64,000 nt of DNA from Raillietiella orientalis (lineage: Eukaryota): assembly GCA_036172245.1 (NCBI GenBank), contig JAYWIR010000010.1:4836001-4900000 (forward strand), given 5' to 3'. Position 1 is the stretch's first letter. The number at the start of each line of letters is the position of its first letter. The translations under genes were made by a program, and so were the position numbers. A model generated the notes under the pieces. That model made no database searches. It saw nothing but the letters and a program-made list of their open reading frames with translations, and was not told where the DNA came from. Below are positions 37,301-51,499 of the stretch, piece after piece.

Positions 37301-39074
37301 TAGGCGTGCAGCAACACGAAAGAGCGGCAGTCAGTTGCTGTTCCTCTGGGAATTGGCAAAAAATACGATGATGACTTCGAAGTGCGTTTTCGCTGAGCAA
37401 ATGGCTATTGCGATCCAAAAGTACTAGGAGCGCTTTTTTCCGATGTCAGCTCTCACCGGCAGAAGTCGACACAGACTTCCATCGTTAGCCTTGAAAGAAA
37501 TCTACAATCTCTATCTCCACACTCTTTTATTAGTCGAAAGTTTTCCCAAGAAAGGTTATTATGCGCATAGAGCGGGAGAGAGAAAAAAATAACTCATCGT
37601 AAACGTGTGCGAACACAAACATATGTGTACATTCTCATGATAGCTTTACGCACGTACATGTTTCGTGCACAGTTGCATAAGCTGTACATCTACCTACGTG
37701 TACTTGTGCAAGCGACCCGTCACTGAGCCAGTAGCAGGGATACCACACCACGAATGTCATGCAGCCGGTCGCTCGATCGAAACGATGTGATGTTGAGCAT
37801 CGGTTTTCCTGAATTTCTGAACCAGGACAATCCTACTTTAATCGGAATAACAGCTCCCACGTTCTTAATCAGAGTAATCCTACTTCCTGCTGATTCTCAA
37901 TGATGAGTCTGGAAAGCGTGTTTCACTTTGTGCAAAGCGTCTAAGACTGTGACGACTAAGATGACGTCTAAGACGTCAAGCACTTGGCGGAATGGCGATG
38001 ATGACTTACGAACAAGTTATTCGAACGGAAAACTGGTGCTCTGGAGCGACATCCCGCCATTCATTAGGGAAACAAGTATTTCATCAGAGTGCGACAACGA
38101 AGGACTTTGGAAACGCCACTCTTCACGAAACTTTGTTACATTGCAAAGTGTTGCATCAGGTGGAACGGGGGAAGAAAAAAAAAAAAAAAAAAAGGTCACT
38201 TCATTTCAACAGTTTTGAAAACGTTTCTGTATCTATCCAAACCATTTGCAAAATCGGGGACGTGGGTCCTGAAATGACACACGAGAATTATTTAGTTTCT
38301 GAACTGGAGGGAAATTGGATTTTCATTTCTTTCAGTGCATCAGCCTCCGATCCGAACGCAAGCCGAGAACGAGAGCAGCAACCAGCCGTCGCGTGCAGCA
38401 GCAACCAGCTGCTGCAGCTGCATGCGTGCTGTTGCGAGTGGTGGAGGAGAGGGGTGGCGGCACCCAAGAAGGCCAGGAGGTGAGGGACACACGGATCCGC
38501 TCGCCGCAATGCAGCATCCGGGCCGATCGCAAGATTCATCTCGGTAACTGCGAGGATCCACGACCGCGAGGGTAATTAGCAACGGAGCATCATCCTCCGA
38601 GCGCTCGCTCGAGGGGTGTGCGGGCTCGGAGGCAATCACGGAGGAGGAATCCTTGCGGAAGATGCAGCCAAGATTTACGGCACGTTCTGCTGGCGGAGCA
38701 CACACCAGCCTCCATAAATCAGAAAGTCGGTTTGCTCCTGTGGTCCATGGTGGCGAGTACCGAAGCAAGAAGATTGTTGCGTCAGCTGCGAGGGAGTCAT
38801 CCGGCCAGAGGCGCTCTCTGCGCTCGCTGCTGACCCGGTGAGGCGTCAAAGCGGCGAGCCCCGCAGACAGTGAGGGTCGTAGGGAGAATCGAAAGGATCT
38901 CCCGGAATTTCCAGGAAAACAAAAATCGGGACAGACTGCGCTCTCTTTCGTGCGTGGAGAGGCAGAAGACAGCAGCTAGCCGATCGCCCCACGGCGGAAC
39001 GGGAGTGCGAGAATCCCATGCCATCCTTGAGGAAAAAGAGATGCCTCCTCGCGCGAGCTCCCGGGAGAGAACGC

Positions 39075-40068
39075 AGGACGGCATCGCGGAGGAAAGTAAC
39101 CGGAAGTACTCGGAAACCTGAGGATCCCTATTTCCAGCCCCTCTGACATCATCATCCGTCCCTAAACCGTCCCTAAACTGCAAAGCCCTAGAGCTGAGGG
39201 AGCGCGCGGGCGGCGACCCTCAAGTCGAAAGGTCGCTCTAGTCCGGCAGGGGCTTGGAACAGCCGTGATCCTCTTCACATCCCTGTTTTGTGGGCTCCCA
39301 GATCCCAATCGATCGCGCTGTGCCCATGCTGTCGTCATCTATTAAGAGTAAATGAAAGAAAGAACTTACATGAAACGTCCTCACGCAAAGATCTCAGACC
39401 CCGAAAGGGCCCGACACTCGAAAAGCAAGGGAAGCGTGATCACGTGCTTGCGTGTAGGACTGCCTCCAAGAGCAAGGCATCCTTTGGTATGCCCGTCAAA
39501 TGCACCTCAGATGCTGCTGATTCCCACGATATTCAAGGGATGGATTGATAACAGGACGTTGGTAATGTTGAATCTAAAATGAAGTCAAACCGATGCTTTG
39601 CGAAATCCTCCAGCGATCATTGGTTAGCGAAGATTGAGAGTTGGAGTCTTCTCGCATGGAAGGTTTCCATGGAATAGATTCCCGTTGACCTTTTTTTTCA
39701 AGGTTTTTTTTTTTGTCTTGTTTTGTTTTTCCCTCCTGACACGGAAGGAACGAGGCGCTGCCGTGCCACCAACAGACATCTTCACGTGGGAGTCGTCGTT
39801 GCGTATCCACTGCGTTCTTCTCTTTCTCTCTTGGAAAGTGGATGTTCCACATTGGCCACTCGCCTTTTCAGCTGGCAGCACAGCACCCGCCACATCCGTC
39901 CAGTTGCTGTCACCTTCACCACTCCGCGATCCCGCGTTCCCTGAAGCACCGACCCGCATGCGGATCCTCTCGAGGGGGAAGGACGGCATCGCGGAGAGAA
40001 GAAACCTGAAGTTCTCGGAAACCCCATTTCTAGCACCGCTGAGATCATCATTATCCGTCGCTAAACCG
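39075..40068 (-). repeat. Diverged ~90-bp duplicated coding block (39075-39169 and 39980-40068)
   Basis: GLGTDDDVRGAGNRDPQVSEYFRLLSSAMPS versus GLATDNDDLSGARNGVSENFRFLLSAMPS. The DNA similarity is obvious by eye. Confidence 0.85.
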
Positions 40069-43000
40069 ATGGACCGCAAGACCCGATGAGTTTTGCAAGC
40101 TCCCTCCTCGCTCCACCTGGCGGATCCAGGAGCCCCTCTGGGAGCGGTCGTACTTCCTCCCGCTCCTCCGCCGGCCACTGTGAGCGCGCACCCGAAGCTC
40201 CAAGATTCGTCTCCGTGAGAGCTGCCCTTTGGCGATTCGCATCGGGCGGTTTCCCCGTCGGAGCAGGAAAGAGGGGGGGCACGATGGGAGAAGGGCGCTC
40301 ACGGAGCCATCCTGGGGAACTCCGGCGTTCGTGCGCGACGTGCAGGACCCTCATCCCCCACCACCACTTTGCGGGCGAGAGGTCCTCAGAAAAAGCTGCG
40401 CTGCTGGCCCCGGACCGTTCCATTAGAGCCAAAACAGCACACGACCCAGGTCGCGGACTGGTCGCTGACGAATCTCGTCACCTCTGTGGCCACTGCCCCG
40501 TGCGGAACGGGCAAGCAGAGAGGAAGCTACCACCCACGATGCCTGCGGCGGCACGCAAAAGGAGCGCCTCGAGAGAAAGGGAGATTCGTTTCCGGGCTAA
40601 AGATCGTGCACCCCCTACCCATGCGCGCGTGCCGAAGAGAAGTAGAGCGAAGCATTCCCGGAGCTCGGGAACAGCAAAGAAGCGGCTGCTAGGATACCAG
40701 AGCGGAACCAGCGTTTTATTAAACATTTGATTTATTGAGGGAACGCGCTCCAGGGTTTCTCCTCGTGCTTGTAATCAAAGGCGGATTATGCGCCGGGAAT
40801 CGCCAGGATCCTGTCTTCCCAGTCCGCGTTCCCAACTGTTGATCGTTCCGTCCGAATTCGTCCAAGAGCTGACCGCCGCGCAGATCGGGAGCCGGCGAGG
40901 CCACAACTGCGGCATCCCCAGCACGAGCCAGTTGTGAAGTCTGGTGCTCATCTGTGCTCTTCAGCGGCTGCAGCGCTCCCCGGAAGCCTTGTCGCCGCCG
41001 AGATCCCGAAGGCCTGAGTTTGGCTCCGCGAGACGTCCACTGGGTGCGCCGGAGGGAAGGAAGCGCCCTCTTCTATCCGTGTTGGACCACACCCGCCCTG
41101 CCCGATGACCTGTTGGCTCAGTCACCCGGGTTTTCAGCCAGATATCGGTCAAGGATTTTTCTTTTTTTTTTTACCCCGCCTGCGGGCAACGGCCGAGGTC
41201 GAACTTTCCGCGCACGCTACATCGGTGAGGTCACGTCGATGCGTCTTCCGACTGTCGCACTGGCTTCGACACCTCCGAGGACGGTTCTTGGTTTTTGATC
41301 CTTCCCGGCCTTTTGTCCTCGGAAGCCGGGCCCGTGAAAATTCCACGTGGCAACAGTGACGATTTCCTCGGGCGTAGCCGTCCCGAGGAAAAGGAGGAAA
41401 ACGAAAAAGAAAAAAAAAATCACGCAATCTTTGTGCACGCAGTATGATTCCCGTACACATACCTGTGCGAGTGAACCATTCCCACCCGACTAGCAAGCCG
41501 CCCTCGCCTCGCCCTCCTCAATCTCACCCCCTGATCCGCCTCACCAGCAGTCCAGCATCGGAACTTGCCATTCCCTCCACTGAACAAATCCCAACCCCTT
41601 CGCACGCTGCCTCCCCTCCCACCCGACTCCAGTTTCAGTTCGCTCACCTCTTCCTACGTGCATGCAGGAAATTCCTGCCTCTCCTCATCCCAGCAGAACC
41701 ATCCTCGGTTTTTTTTTTTTCTAGAGTGGAACTTCTATAGAATGAGAGAACGCATTTTCTTTGATTCGGATTTAGGTTTCCAGTGTGGATCGCATACCTA
41801 TCGGATAAGATGAGGTTTCCGAGTGATCTTCGTTCGCTCATTTACTTATAAATCATTGAAAAAACAAAAGAAAAAAAAACAAGGACCGAGTCGAGTATCG
41901 CAAATTAACTCCACCTTGAGGCGATCCATGGTTTTCTTTCATGTTTTCTGGGACAACATGCGACTTCAGAACCACTTCGGATTCCATCAAAACTTCCCGC
42001 TCGTGCCGCCCCCTCCCCCGTAGGTGAACGTTGCGTCACAAGATGGTGTGGGCGACGCGAAGCAACAAATCCCCGCCTGCGTCAGGACCGAGGACTGGGG
42101 AAAATCTCCCCTGCAGGCTGGATGGGCTACCATTCACCCAGTAGGGAAACCAGCCGAAGAAACGCGCGCCTCGGCCGCAGTGGCAGCCACATCCGGAAAG
42201 TCCACGCGCACAGTTCACATTCAAATGCCCCACGAAACGAAGGTGTGTGTGTGATTCTCAGGAACACCCTGCCTGTGGAGCCCGGGCAGCCAAGGGTGCT
42301 CCTTTTTCCACGTGGAGGCGAGCGAGACGCGGGGCGTTGGCTTCCACTGTGGCTTTCAGGCACGAGATAGCAATGATAACGATGGAGGGGGGGGGGGGGC
42401 ACTTCAGAAATGGGATTGGCGTCGTATCGTTTTGATTACCCGTCGAGCAGTCTAGGAAAATACGCGAAGAAAACAGCGCTTCTTTCTGAATAGCCCTCGG
42501 AAAAGTTCTCTCCCCTCCGTTCTGGCCAAACTCGAAATGGGGAAGGCAGGATGAAATCACCTGCTCCTGTGAGGGAAACTGGAAATCTTCATCTGTGCTT
42601 CTGGGAGGCAAAGTTTTCGAAGCCTTCGAGTTCGTCAGAGTGCGGGGGGGGGGGCTATAAATAAGCACGGGAGCAGAGAAGGAAACTTCCAAGAAGGCTA
42701 CCACGGCCTTGAGAAGTTTGTGGAAGAATTCCGGCGATTCTGCTGACTGAAGCGCAACTGGGAAGAACGACCGCCTCGGAGATGAAAAGGAAAGACATCC
42801 CTGTGCAGGGAAATGACGCCATGGATGGAAACGTCCGTTCGATCCATTTCCCGTTCGCTCTACTGCGGGAATGTGGCAGGATGGGAAGCGACTTTAAAGA
42901 AACTGGCAGTCCTTGAGGAATTTCGTTCTGCATCAGCCCTTTGATGTTTTTTTCATGAGACACCAACTGGTAGGAAAAAAAAAACTGCGGTTGCTTCTTA

Positions 43001-43549
43001 TAGTCCCGAGATCCGACTTTAGAGTGAGAACATGCAGTCTGCGAAGGGAAAAAAACACACACACATGAAGACCATTTGGTACATTTGCCAACAGAACCAC
43101 TACACCTACTTCCGCCTCCAGGAAACGTAATTTCTGGAGAACTGGAGCACGGTATTTGAAGACGTTTTGAAAACACGCATTTCATGAAAATCACGTAATT
43201 AATAGGCTTGTAATGATAACTGCATCTTTTGCAAGAAGATGGCTTTTCACTCATGGCTCTGCTCTAGCAGTGTTGTATACTTTTTATTTTCTTCGCTAAA
43301 ATCAACTCACTCTACAACGGAATATAATGATGCAGGACTGGAGCGAGTTTTACCCCGGTACAGATAGAGTTTCCGGTAGAAGGAAAGCAGGAGAGCCTTT
43401 CCTCCGTTCGTTTCTTGTGCGCAAAAGACGATTCTCAAGAGTGATTCTTCGTCTGAAACGCAGGTGAAATCTTGTTTGAGATATCTTTTTCGGAATGCCC
43501 CTGAAATAATAGCGGAACCTTGCAAAGGAAGCATAAGTGACAGGGGAAA

Positions 43550-43730
43550 TTGGGGGGGGGGGGGGGGAAGCCAGAGGAAACTCTGGTGGAGGAGGGAAGG
43601 GGCCCGGGCCTGGAAACGGCGGGAGTTCGGAACCCCGGGAAGAATCGCCCAGAGAGGGTGAAAGGCCGCGAAGAGGATGGTCCAGAGAGGGTGAAAGGGG
43701 GAGGAAACTCTGGTGGAGGTGGGAAAAGTG
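43550..43730. repeat. G-rich patch with nested direct repeats
   Basis: A G-run at 43552-43567, gaggaaactctggtggagg at 43574 and 43701, and ccagagagggtgaaagg at 43649 and 43682. Confidence 0.85.
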
Positions 43731-44599
43731 AATGGGAGCTTTCCCTTCTAGCTACCTGTTTCCACGGTCTTCACCGATTGCTAACTACTCGGTTCGCTAT
43801 TCGCTTTGGTATGGATGGATGGAGTAAAGCACGAACGCGGCTTCGCACCAACAGTTACTTTTCCATAGAGAAAATCGCTTTGCAGATGGTACAGAAACCG
43901 ACAAAGTCCGCTGCAGCATAAAGCATCTGGAAAGAAGCGAGTCGGATTCGACGTAAAACAAGAATTTGCGGTCCCGCGTTGGTTGGTCCATGTGAGAGGC
44001 TAAAAACAGATGGGCGCGCCCTATTCTAGAGAAGGCGTTGTCAATCTCAGCATCTCGATCGTTTGCAAGCATTCTCTGTGATGTCTAAGCCGCTACTTTC
44101 GTCATTTGCATACGGAAGGTCGTCTCTCCTCTCTGGGGTCAGCACTTTATTTCGCGGAACAAGTTCCACAGAGTTTGACGATTTCTTTCGAAACCTATCA
44201 TACGAGAGAAATTCAAAAATTGGAAAGTCTTCGATGAAAGGACGGCGGGTCGGGTGGTCCGAAAAACTGATTCTTCGAACTTGGTGGAGGCTGTGAACGC
44301 TCTTGGAATGCAACACCCAATGGTTAACATCGTGGAGCGTTCGTTTCCTTGCAAGGCACAAGGAATGCACTGAATTCATCACTGTGACGATGTGCAGGAG
44401 GAGTTTTAATGGCATCTATAGATATATACAATAATTACATAGAATAGTAATGTTAATGGCATGTGTATATGTATACACACATGCCATCAACCTTGCGTAC
44501 ATATGTATATATACACACATGCACATCATCACAGTGATACACGTTAGACGGAATGCCACGATGTTTCTCTCGTCAGAAGAGTAGAAGAGTAGAATGTCT

Positions 44600-47500
44600 C
44601 AAGACTTGCCTATCCGGTAAGTATTAGAAAGCGGCAACCAGGCACGTGTCGTATCCACGGAAACGTGCACACGTACCTGCATTGAGTGTCAGGCATTTGC
44701 ATATTCAAGTGTTTTGGAAAATCGCAATCTGAGATAAGTTTCCAGTTAGATGGATCAAAAAAAAAAAAACTACGAAAAATATGCGAAACCACGATTAAAT
44801 TCGGATGAACAATTCGCTGCGAGCATTTCGTTCAAAATGGATGAGCACTTCCTATCCTTTCCTGAGTTTCCTTGATCTCAGATTAAACCCGCAGGTTCGT
44901 GTCTGCAGGTTCTTCTCTCAAGTTCACGGTGGTTTCTTAAACCATGAGAATTGTGCATAATTTATTGCCGATCTCATTTAGTGCTTTCCAGTTGCAGAAG
45001 GACTGCTCTCATTTTGATTCGGTCGATAATTCGACCACAAAGTATTCGATAGCATTCCTTGGAGTCGTGCTTCCCACAGATGAATTTCAGGAGCTCTTTG
45101 CTCCAGATGGGTTCGAGGCAATACCAACCAACATCGAAGCGAAGGATTTCTTTTTTTTTTTCACGAGCAAAAAAAAAAAAAAAAAATTCTACACAAAATC
45201 CAATTTAGGCGCCTAATGGAAAGAAAATGGAAGAAATTTGAATTTTTTAGAGTCACTGGCTGCTTTGTGAAAGGATGTTGACAAAATTGCTTGAAAAAAA
45301 AATAGGCCAGCGCGATAAGAAATCGTGGGACCCTGTGGGAACGCAGTGTCAGATAAAGGTAGGTAGGACATTGTATCAACACATGCCTTCCGTTCGTGGA
45401 TCTCACCAACGAGGTGGGATGAGCAGGAGGCAAAAAGCATTTCCTGATTTTCTTTCCGTGAGAAACGGGCATTTTTCGAAAATTCCAACATGGCTCGCGA
45501 TTTGCGTTCACCCCCATTGTTAAGCGGGCGTGATGGCGTCAATGAAAGCAGGCTTACTGCTGCTTCAATGTTTTCTCCTTTTCGAAAAGCAAAATAAATA
45601 AATGAAAACATGAATTGATCACCTAGAATGGGGCGAGCGGAATCGAAGAAAAGAAAAGGAAAAAAGGCGAAATTCGACTTCGCTGCATGCGCACACATAC
45701 TACTCAGTTCAGTTTCGCATACCATCCCAGTCAGCTGCTTGTGTCCTTCGCAAATCTGCTTGAGAAACCCATTTTCCCTCTTCACCTGCGCATCGCTTGA
45801 AAGTAAATTAATTGTGGCATTCATTTGCTTGCGGTTACAAAAGGCCTCATGCTGTTTCGATCACAAATTTTCGCTGAGCGATCAAGGCGGATGGCCGCGG
45901 GTTGTTCCCGAAACTTCCGAAACACCGCGTGAAAAAAATTTCGTTCAGCAACTCGCACCTTCGGAAACATCGTGAAACCAACTTACCTCCCCGATCATCT
46001 TTGCCTCGATGGTTCGCTTCCTCTCTGGACGAATGCACGCTCATTTTGGAACTTCGGCGGTAGGAATCGAGAACTGTGCTTCTTTTCTCTGATTCAGAAA
46101 GGTTGGTGGCATCTTCGTCATCCTCGTAGAAACTCACTTCATCGGAATTATTCCTTTGGAACGCCTTTGGAATTTTATGGATCCCACATCTTGAGCTCAG
46201 AAATTTTTTTTTCAATTCGAAATTTTTGTGCAGCCATCGTCTGTAACACGTTTCTTCGTTTCTCTCGAAAACAGCTCCCTCCCGTACGCTGTGTCTGTCG
46301 TTTTTTTCCACAGAGTCGTCCCAAAACAAAGAAGTCCAGTCGACCGTCTTGTTCTCGTCATCACATACCAGCTCGTCTTTGTCCAGGACATTTTCCTGCA
46401 TAATTTTGTTGCACATGACCGATCCCATGTCACTTGCTTGAAAGGCTCTGTGAAGAAGTCCTTCGAACTCAAACTTGGAAACTCCGTACGTGGATCAAAG
46501 CGGCACTTGCATAGAGGAACTCTAACAGGAAACTCGAACTTTTCGCCGAGATTAGCAGTTCGGGTCGAGGAAATTCGGGGGTGCTCCTTATAGGAAGATT
46601 CGAAATCCTTCTCTCATCCCGTGCTCACTAACAGTTCACAATTCGAACCAGACCGCACGCCGATCAACATCCAAGGGAAGCCATCTCTTTAGTTACCGTG
46701 AGTAAATTTCAAGAGACTGACTGAAATAACAGGCTCCGACGATGAGAGATTTCTTCGTTGGATTAGCGTGCGTCTGATAATTCTCATTCTTGGTCATTGA
46801 AAACTCTGTTCTTGCTTCTCTGGCTGATCTGGACAATTGCGTGACAGCTCTCCTGTCCTGAGGAACAGCAATCGATAGGGCTTGCTTTTGGGGGATCCTG
46901 CGGCAATAATTAGAACACTCGACGACTTCCAAGATGGAAGCTCTCCTGAGTGTATGCATGCTATGTGGAGGTGCATCGATGGCCTGAACTGAAAGCCGGA
47001 TGGCATTACCTTCGCCGCTCAGATCAATTTCCGTCGATGGCCATTTCGAAAATTTCGTCTGCAGAGGTGCTTGCGAATGCCGAGGATAGCTCCTGGCACT
47101 CCGGAAAGCTGAAGAATCTCATGATCAAAAGTCCAGCGCCGGCTCTCTGGTATTGGTATTTAAAAATATGTGTCAGTGATCGCTTAACAACTGTCCGTGA
47201 ATCTCGATCAACGGCTAGGTCTATGTCAGGGCATGGATATCGCGCATCCCGTACCTCATCTCGTGATTGGAAGTCCCCCGAAATTATCTCATTTTCAGTT
47301 GAGTTCGCACAGAACTTTCATCCGAGCGTTCCCTTCGCTTCTCGAACATAAATTGATAAAGGTACTCCGAGTGAGAAGCGCTTCCCTCTATACTTACGCT
47401 TCCTATTCACCCACGTTACCAGTGATACCAAGCAATAGAGTAAGAGGGATTCCAGAACAATCTGCACGGAGGAAGAAGGCATTGGCGTTCGGCAGAAGCA
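44600..47500 (-). pseudogene. Large unknown pseudogene, possibly a helicase/NTPase
   Basis: Consecutive protein-like minus ORFs (46693-46959, 45847-46428, 45213-45824) and EILRFDVGWYCLEPIWSKELLKFICG (~45150-45075). A weak P-loop-like GLI*DQGNSGKD lies at ~44889-44854. Confidence 0.35.
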
Positions 47501-48127
47501 TCATAAGGCACGAATTCTTTCATCGCCAAGTGTTTCTAGCTTCCATAGATTTTCGTGAGCGCCTCACTTGAAATTTTGCTGAAAAGAACTTCGTAATTAG
47601 GCAGTGGCGGCACGGGAATGAAATAAATTACAAATGCAATCCAGGTTCCATGCTGAAACCGTGCTCGTTGTAATCGCAGTTTCAGTACGGCACTTGGTTT
47701 CAGGCTAAACGGTTCTTATTCCTCCGAAAAAAATTGTCCCTCGCTGGATTTCTTCTAAAAGCTGGAAGAATGGATTCTGTCTGTTGATCAGGAAAGGCGA
47801 ATGTGGAAGATGGGAAGTAAAGCGCTCCAACACAAAACGGTGTTTTTTCTAGAAGCATCTGTGATACACATTCGAAGAATCGATATGCAAGATTAGCTAA
47901 AAGATTTTACCCAAGGAAGTACCGATTTGTACCAAAAGGCTGACTTCCACGCGGTACGCAAGGCAAAAGGATTGCCATGGAAGTTTCATACCCCGTAAAA
48001 GGCTATCGTGTCAGATTTTCTGTTTCATTCTAAGTCTTGAAACTTTTGAAAGCATTCGAATCCACTCAAGAATTTAAGGATTCTTTAAGATTAAACTCTT
48101 AGTAATAACCTGCAGCAATGGGGAGAT

Positions 48128-50880
48128 ATGAGGTTTGCTTGTGCTTTTATGGTTTTTATTTGTTATTTGAATGCCATGAAGCTCACTATTGTCAAAAACG
48201 CAGGCGAGGGCGCAGAAGAACCAAAGTTTGAGAATCAGAGGAACAGAAACCAGGAAGAATTATCGGATAAAATCCTGGGAGTGGAATGGAGAAGCGAAAA
48301 GGCACCCAGATTATGGATTAGGCACCCAGATCGTCTTCGCGAGTGCTTTGTACCACCGATTCGACGATGAGTGCTCAGTGAAAATCACAAATTTTCCGAG
48401 CGAGGATTTAACGTGGAATTCTTCTGGGTAGAACTCCAAGGACTGTTCCAGATTTCAATATGCCTTCCTCAGCAGTTCCTCTCGTTCATTTGTTTGAGAC
48501 GGCTGGTACTCCTGTGTCACACAAACTACGATGCATTTCTGGATGAGGTGAAGATATGACGGCGACTCCCGAGATCACTGCCAAAGAAGACTACCATTCA
48601 TAAGCAGCCGCTTTTCGTTGGTGATATCGCAAAAGCACATTCCATATACTCTCCTGCGCAGGAGCTCTTATTCACTACAAAAATCGTTAGCTTTTCCTGA
48701 TATAACAGTCTACTCTATTTGCAAGCATTCTTTCTGTTTCACTCGGGTTTCTTTCTCGCAGTTTTTTTTCTTCATACGAAACCTGCAATGCAGAATTCGA
48801 TACTCGTTTTGAAGGCTCCGTGGGTGAGCGATTCCTTCCTGTGCACTTCCTTCTTCTTTAGAGAACATAATTCCAAGACTGGAAGTTCCATATGCCTTCA
48901 AAGCAGAAGCTGCAAGCGACTCTCGGACCAAATTTTGGGAATACCAAATAGCGAATTTGACACAGTAACTTTCTTTCTTTCCTTGCCACTAGAGGAACGA
49001 CCCCAGAGACGAGTGTCGAATTCCTTTCCTGCCAGGCTCTACTTTCCACTAAATGTGAATATCACAGTATTGCCAAAACACTCCAATGCAAGCACTGCTT
49101 AATGCCCCAACTCGAAATCATGATGCGGTTCAAGATGGACTATTTGTACGAGGCAGGTACTACGTGACAATTGTAAATACATCATCTTGGGTATGGGCAA
49201 CACATTTTAAGACCGAGGTTGAAAGCATTTTCGGTTCAGGATTTCTTTCAGAGTCTGTTGGATCTTGAATATTTGAACTTTGCGACCGAATGGCAGCCAT
49301 CCTCACCATTGCTCTGATAGGCCGCCCGAGTGTACTCTTGTTTACAAGCAGTGCATCACGGTTGTCAGGTCCTTAGATTGGTTTGCGAGGGCCAAGGGAA
49401 CCTTGCTGCTTCGCTAACTCCTTGACTTTTACGAGTGGCAAGGTCTTATCCCTTTTGCTGTTTGAAGCCATCTCTCTTTGGAACTCGAAGAACAGGCTGC
49501 GGACCGCCATCTTGGACTTTCTCTTGTCTCCCCAGCGCGGTTCGTTCCGTTCCTTTAGGTAAAAGTCCGATGCTTTTGGTCTCTTGCTTCCCTGGTTCTC
49601 ACCACTTTCTTCTCGGATGTTCCAGTATTTTTGGATGTGAATGGCGAATTCCTTCAATTCTAAGAATCGAGCTTTTGGTATTTGAAAACTCATCTCTGAT
49701 CTCCAAGATACAATCTGGTAACCCGGTTGCCATAGATGGCGGAAACCTTTTTCACAGTGGTGCCACGGCTGCTTCCGAGGAGACCAGCCTCTCAGAATTC
49801 TCCGCACCGGAAATCATGTCAACGTGCTAAAGGAGTCTGAGAGCAGTCGAACCTGCTGCATCACGTGAACTACCTCAGCGTTCTGAGCCCACACCGAATT
49901 TCCTTGTTTTGAAAACTTTCTGATGAACTTTCTTCCTTTCTTTCTTCCCGTTGATCTTGAGAAGTTTCGAAATTGGCTTTCTCCTCAATCGGCTTTCACC
50001 TTGGGAGTTATCCCCAAGTGGGTCTCGCAGGTGCCACGGGCCTATGGATGGTAACACCGAAAAAGCACGTGGCACGCTGAGCATTGAGCGAGTTCCGCCG
50101 ATTCTGCTGAGGTGTACCGTTGACGCTTTCGTTGCATTCCTCCCACCACGATAATGGAGGAAATGTGGACCAAACTCCATCCACGCTTGTGCACTCGGTG
50201 CTGTCAATCTTGCTGACGAGAATAAGATTGAAGGGAGAGCACGAGAGGATTCGCAAGCACCAAAGGAGGCGATTCGAATTTTTTTTTTTTTTGGCCGAAA
50301 CGCCATCTCGTGAAGAGGTCCGGGGTGCACGAAACATTTTCGATTGGGCTGAAAGTGAAAACACTTCGTCACTATCACCTGACAAACGCCAAGATCTGTT
50401 CATCACGGTCCTATGGATTTATAAAGAGGAACAAACTAGAAGAAACATTGCTTGTCGGGTCATTCATTGATGAGGAGAGTTGTAGAGCCTGGAAGATCTG
50501 AGTAATTGGGGAGAAGAGGCGGATCAAGCCGGTAACCTACGTAGTAAAAGTAAGAAATGCAACAAGTGTGATGGGTGCTTTCTAAAAATGGCGCGGTTTC
50601 AAACTAAACGATCATAGGAAGATGCGCGAGCAGAGATGCGAACGGACGATCTAATGGCGTGATAACCCGTGCTTTCCTTAGATGAAACAGCATTTATCTA
50701 CGCCGGAATGGGAGAGGCTTTTCATTTTAATTTGGAACTCGGTTTACGGTTGGCACTGTACTTCGGGGAATGCACCGCACTTGCGCAGGAAAAAATGCGC
50801 ATTTAGTGGCTCTTGCTTTCTGGAGAAAAGTAACGAGCTGCTTCTTTGAAAACATTTCGGTTTAACATTTAGAGTTTCTT
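48128..50880 (+). pseudogene. Large unknown plus-strand pseudogene
   Basis: ORFs 48128-48370, 48371-48559, 48719-49102 and 50120-50470 share one frame, interrupted by stops. Confidence 0.45.
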
Positions 50881-51499
50881 TTTTTTTTTTTTGACAACTC
50901 AGCTTCTCTTTAATCCTTAGCGTGAGTATTCACGACACATACCGTTGCCCTTTCCTTGGATTCAGAAATAGAAAGCTACGAAAGGAACCACTGCGATGAT
51001 TTACGATGTTTCTGCAGCAATTAATAAATGTTTGTAGCTGTTCGTGCAAGCACCTTCTGCTCAACCCACTCGGTTTCGCACCAATCTCTTGAGGCTCTCG
51101 GAATGCAAGCAGACACCAGGCATCCACTTGCGAGACAGCCAGCAACAGCAATTCCGCGCGCTCTTACTAGCAATGCCCGTGGTAAAGTTTGTAAGGCATC
51201 GACACACTTCATGAGTCGCGTGAACGCCGACGCCGACACTGGGAACGGTTTGAGTGGAACGCGTGCCGCACACGCAACTTCGTCGAGGTCCTTGGAGCCG
51301 AAGGGCGTTCACAGAAAGAAGCCGTGTGCAGAGAGAAAAGAAAGCGACTGACGGAGGAACTGCCCCTATCCGTCCTCGCAAACGACCCGATGACTCCCCA
51401 AGGCGATGCATCTAGAGGTCACTGCGGTGTGTCCCGATCGGCTCGAACCAGAGTCACACGTTCGTTTGAATTCTGGTACACATAATGACGTCGGGATGG

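Noticed and set aside
40086..40730. 214-aa plus-strand ORF, and similar long ORFs at 20600-22300
   Set aside because: The Arg/Ser/Pro-rich translations are expected from GC-rich, stop-poor sequence, and no motif was found.
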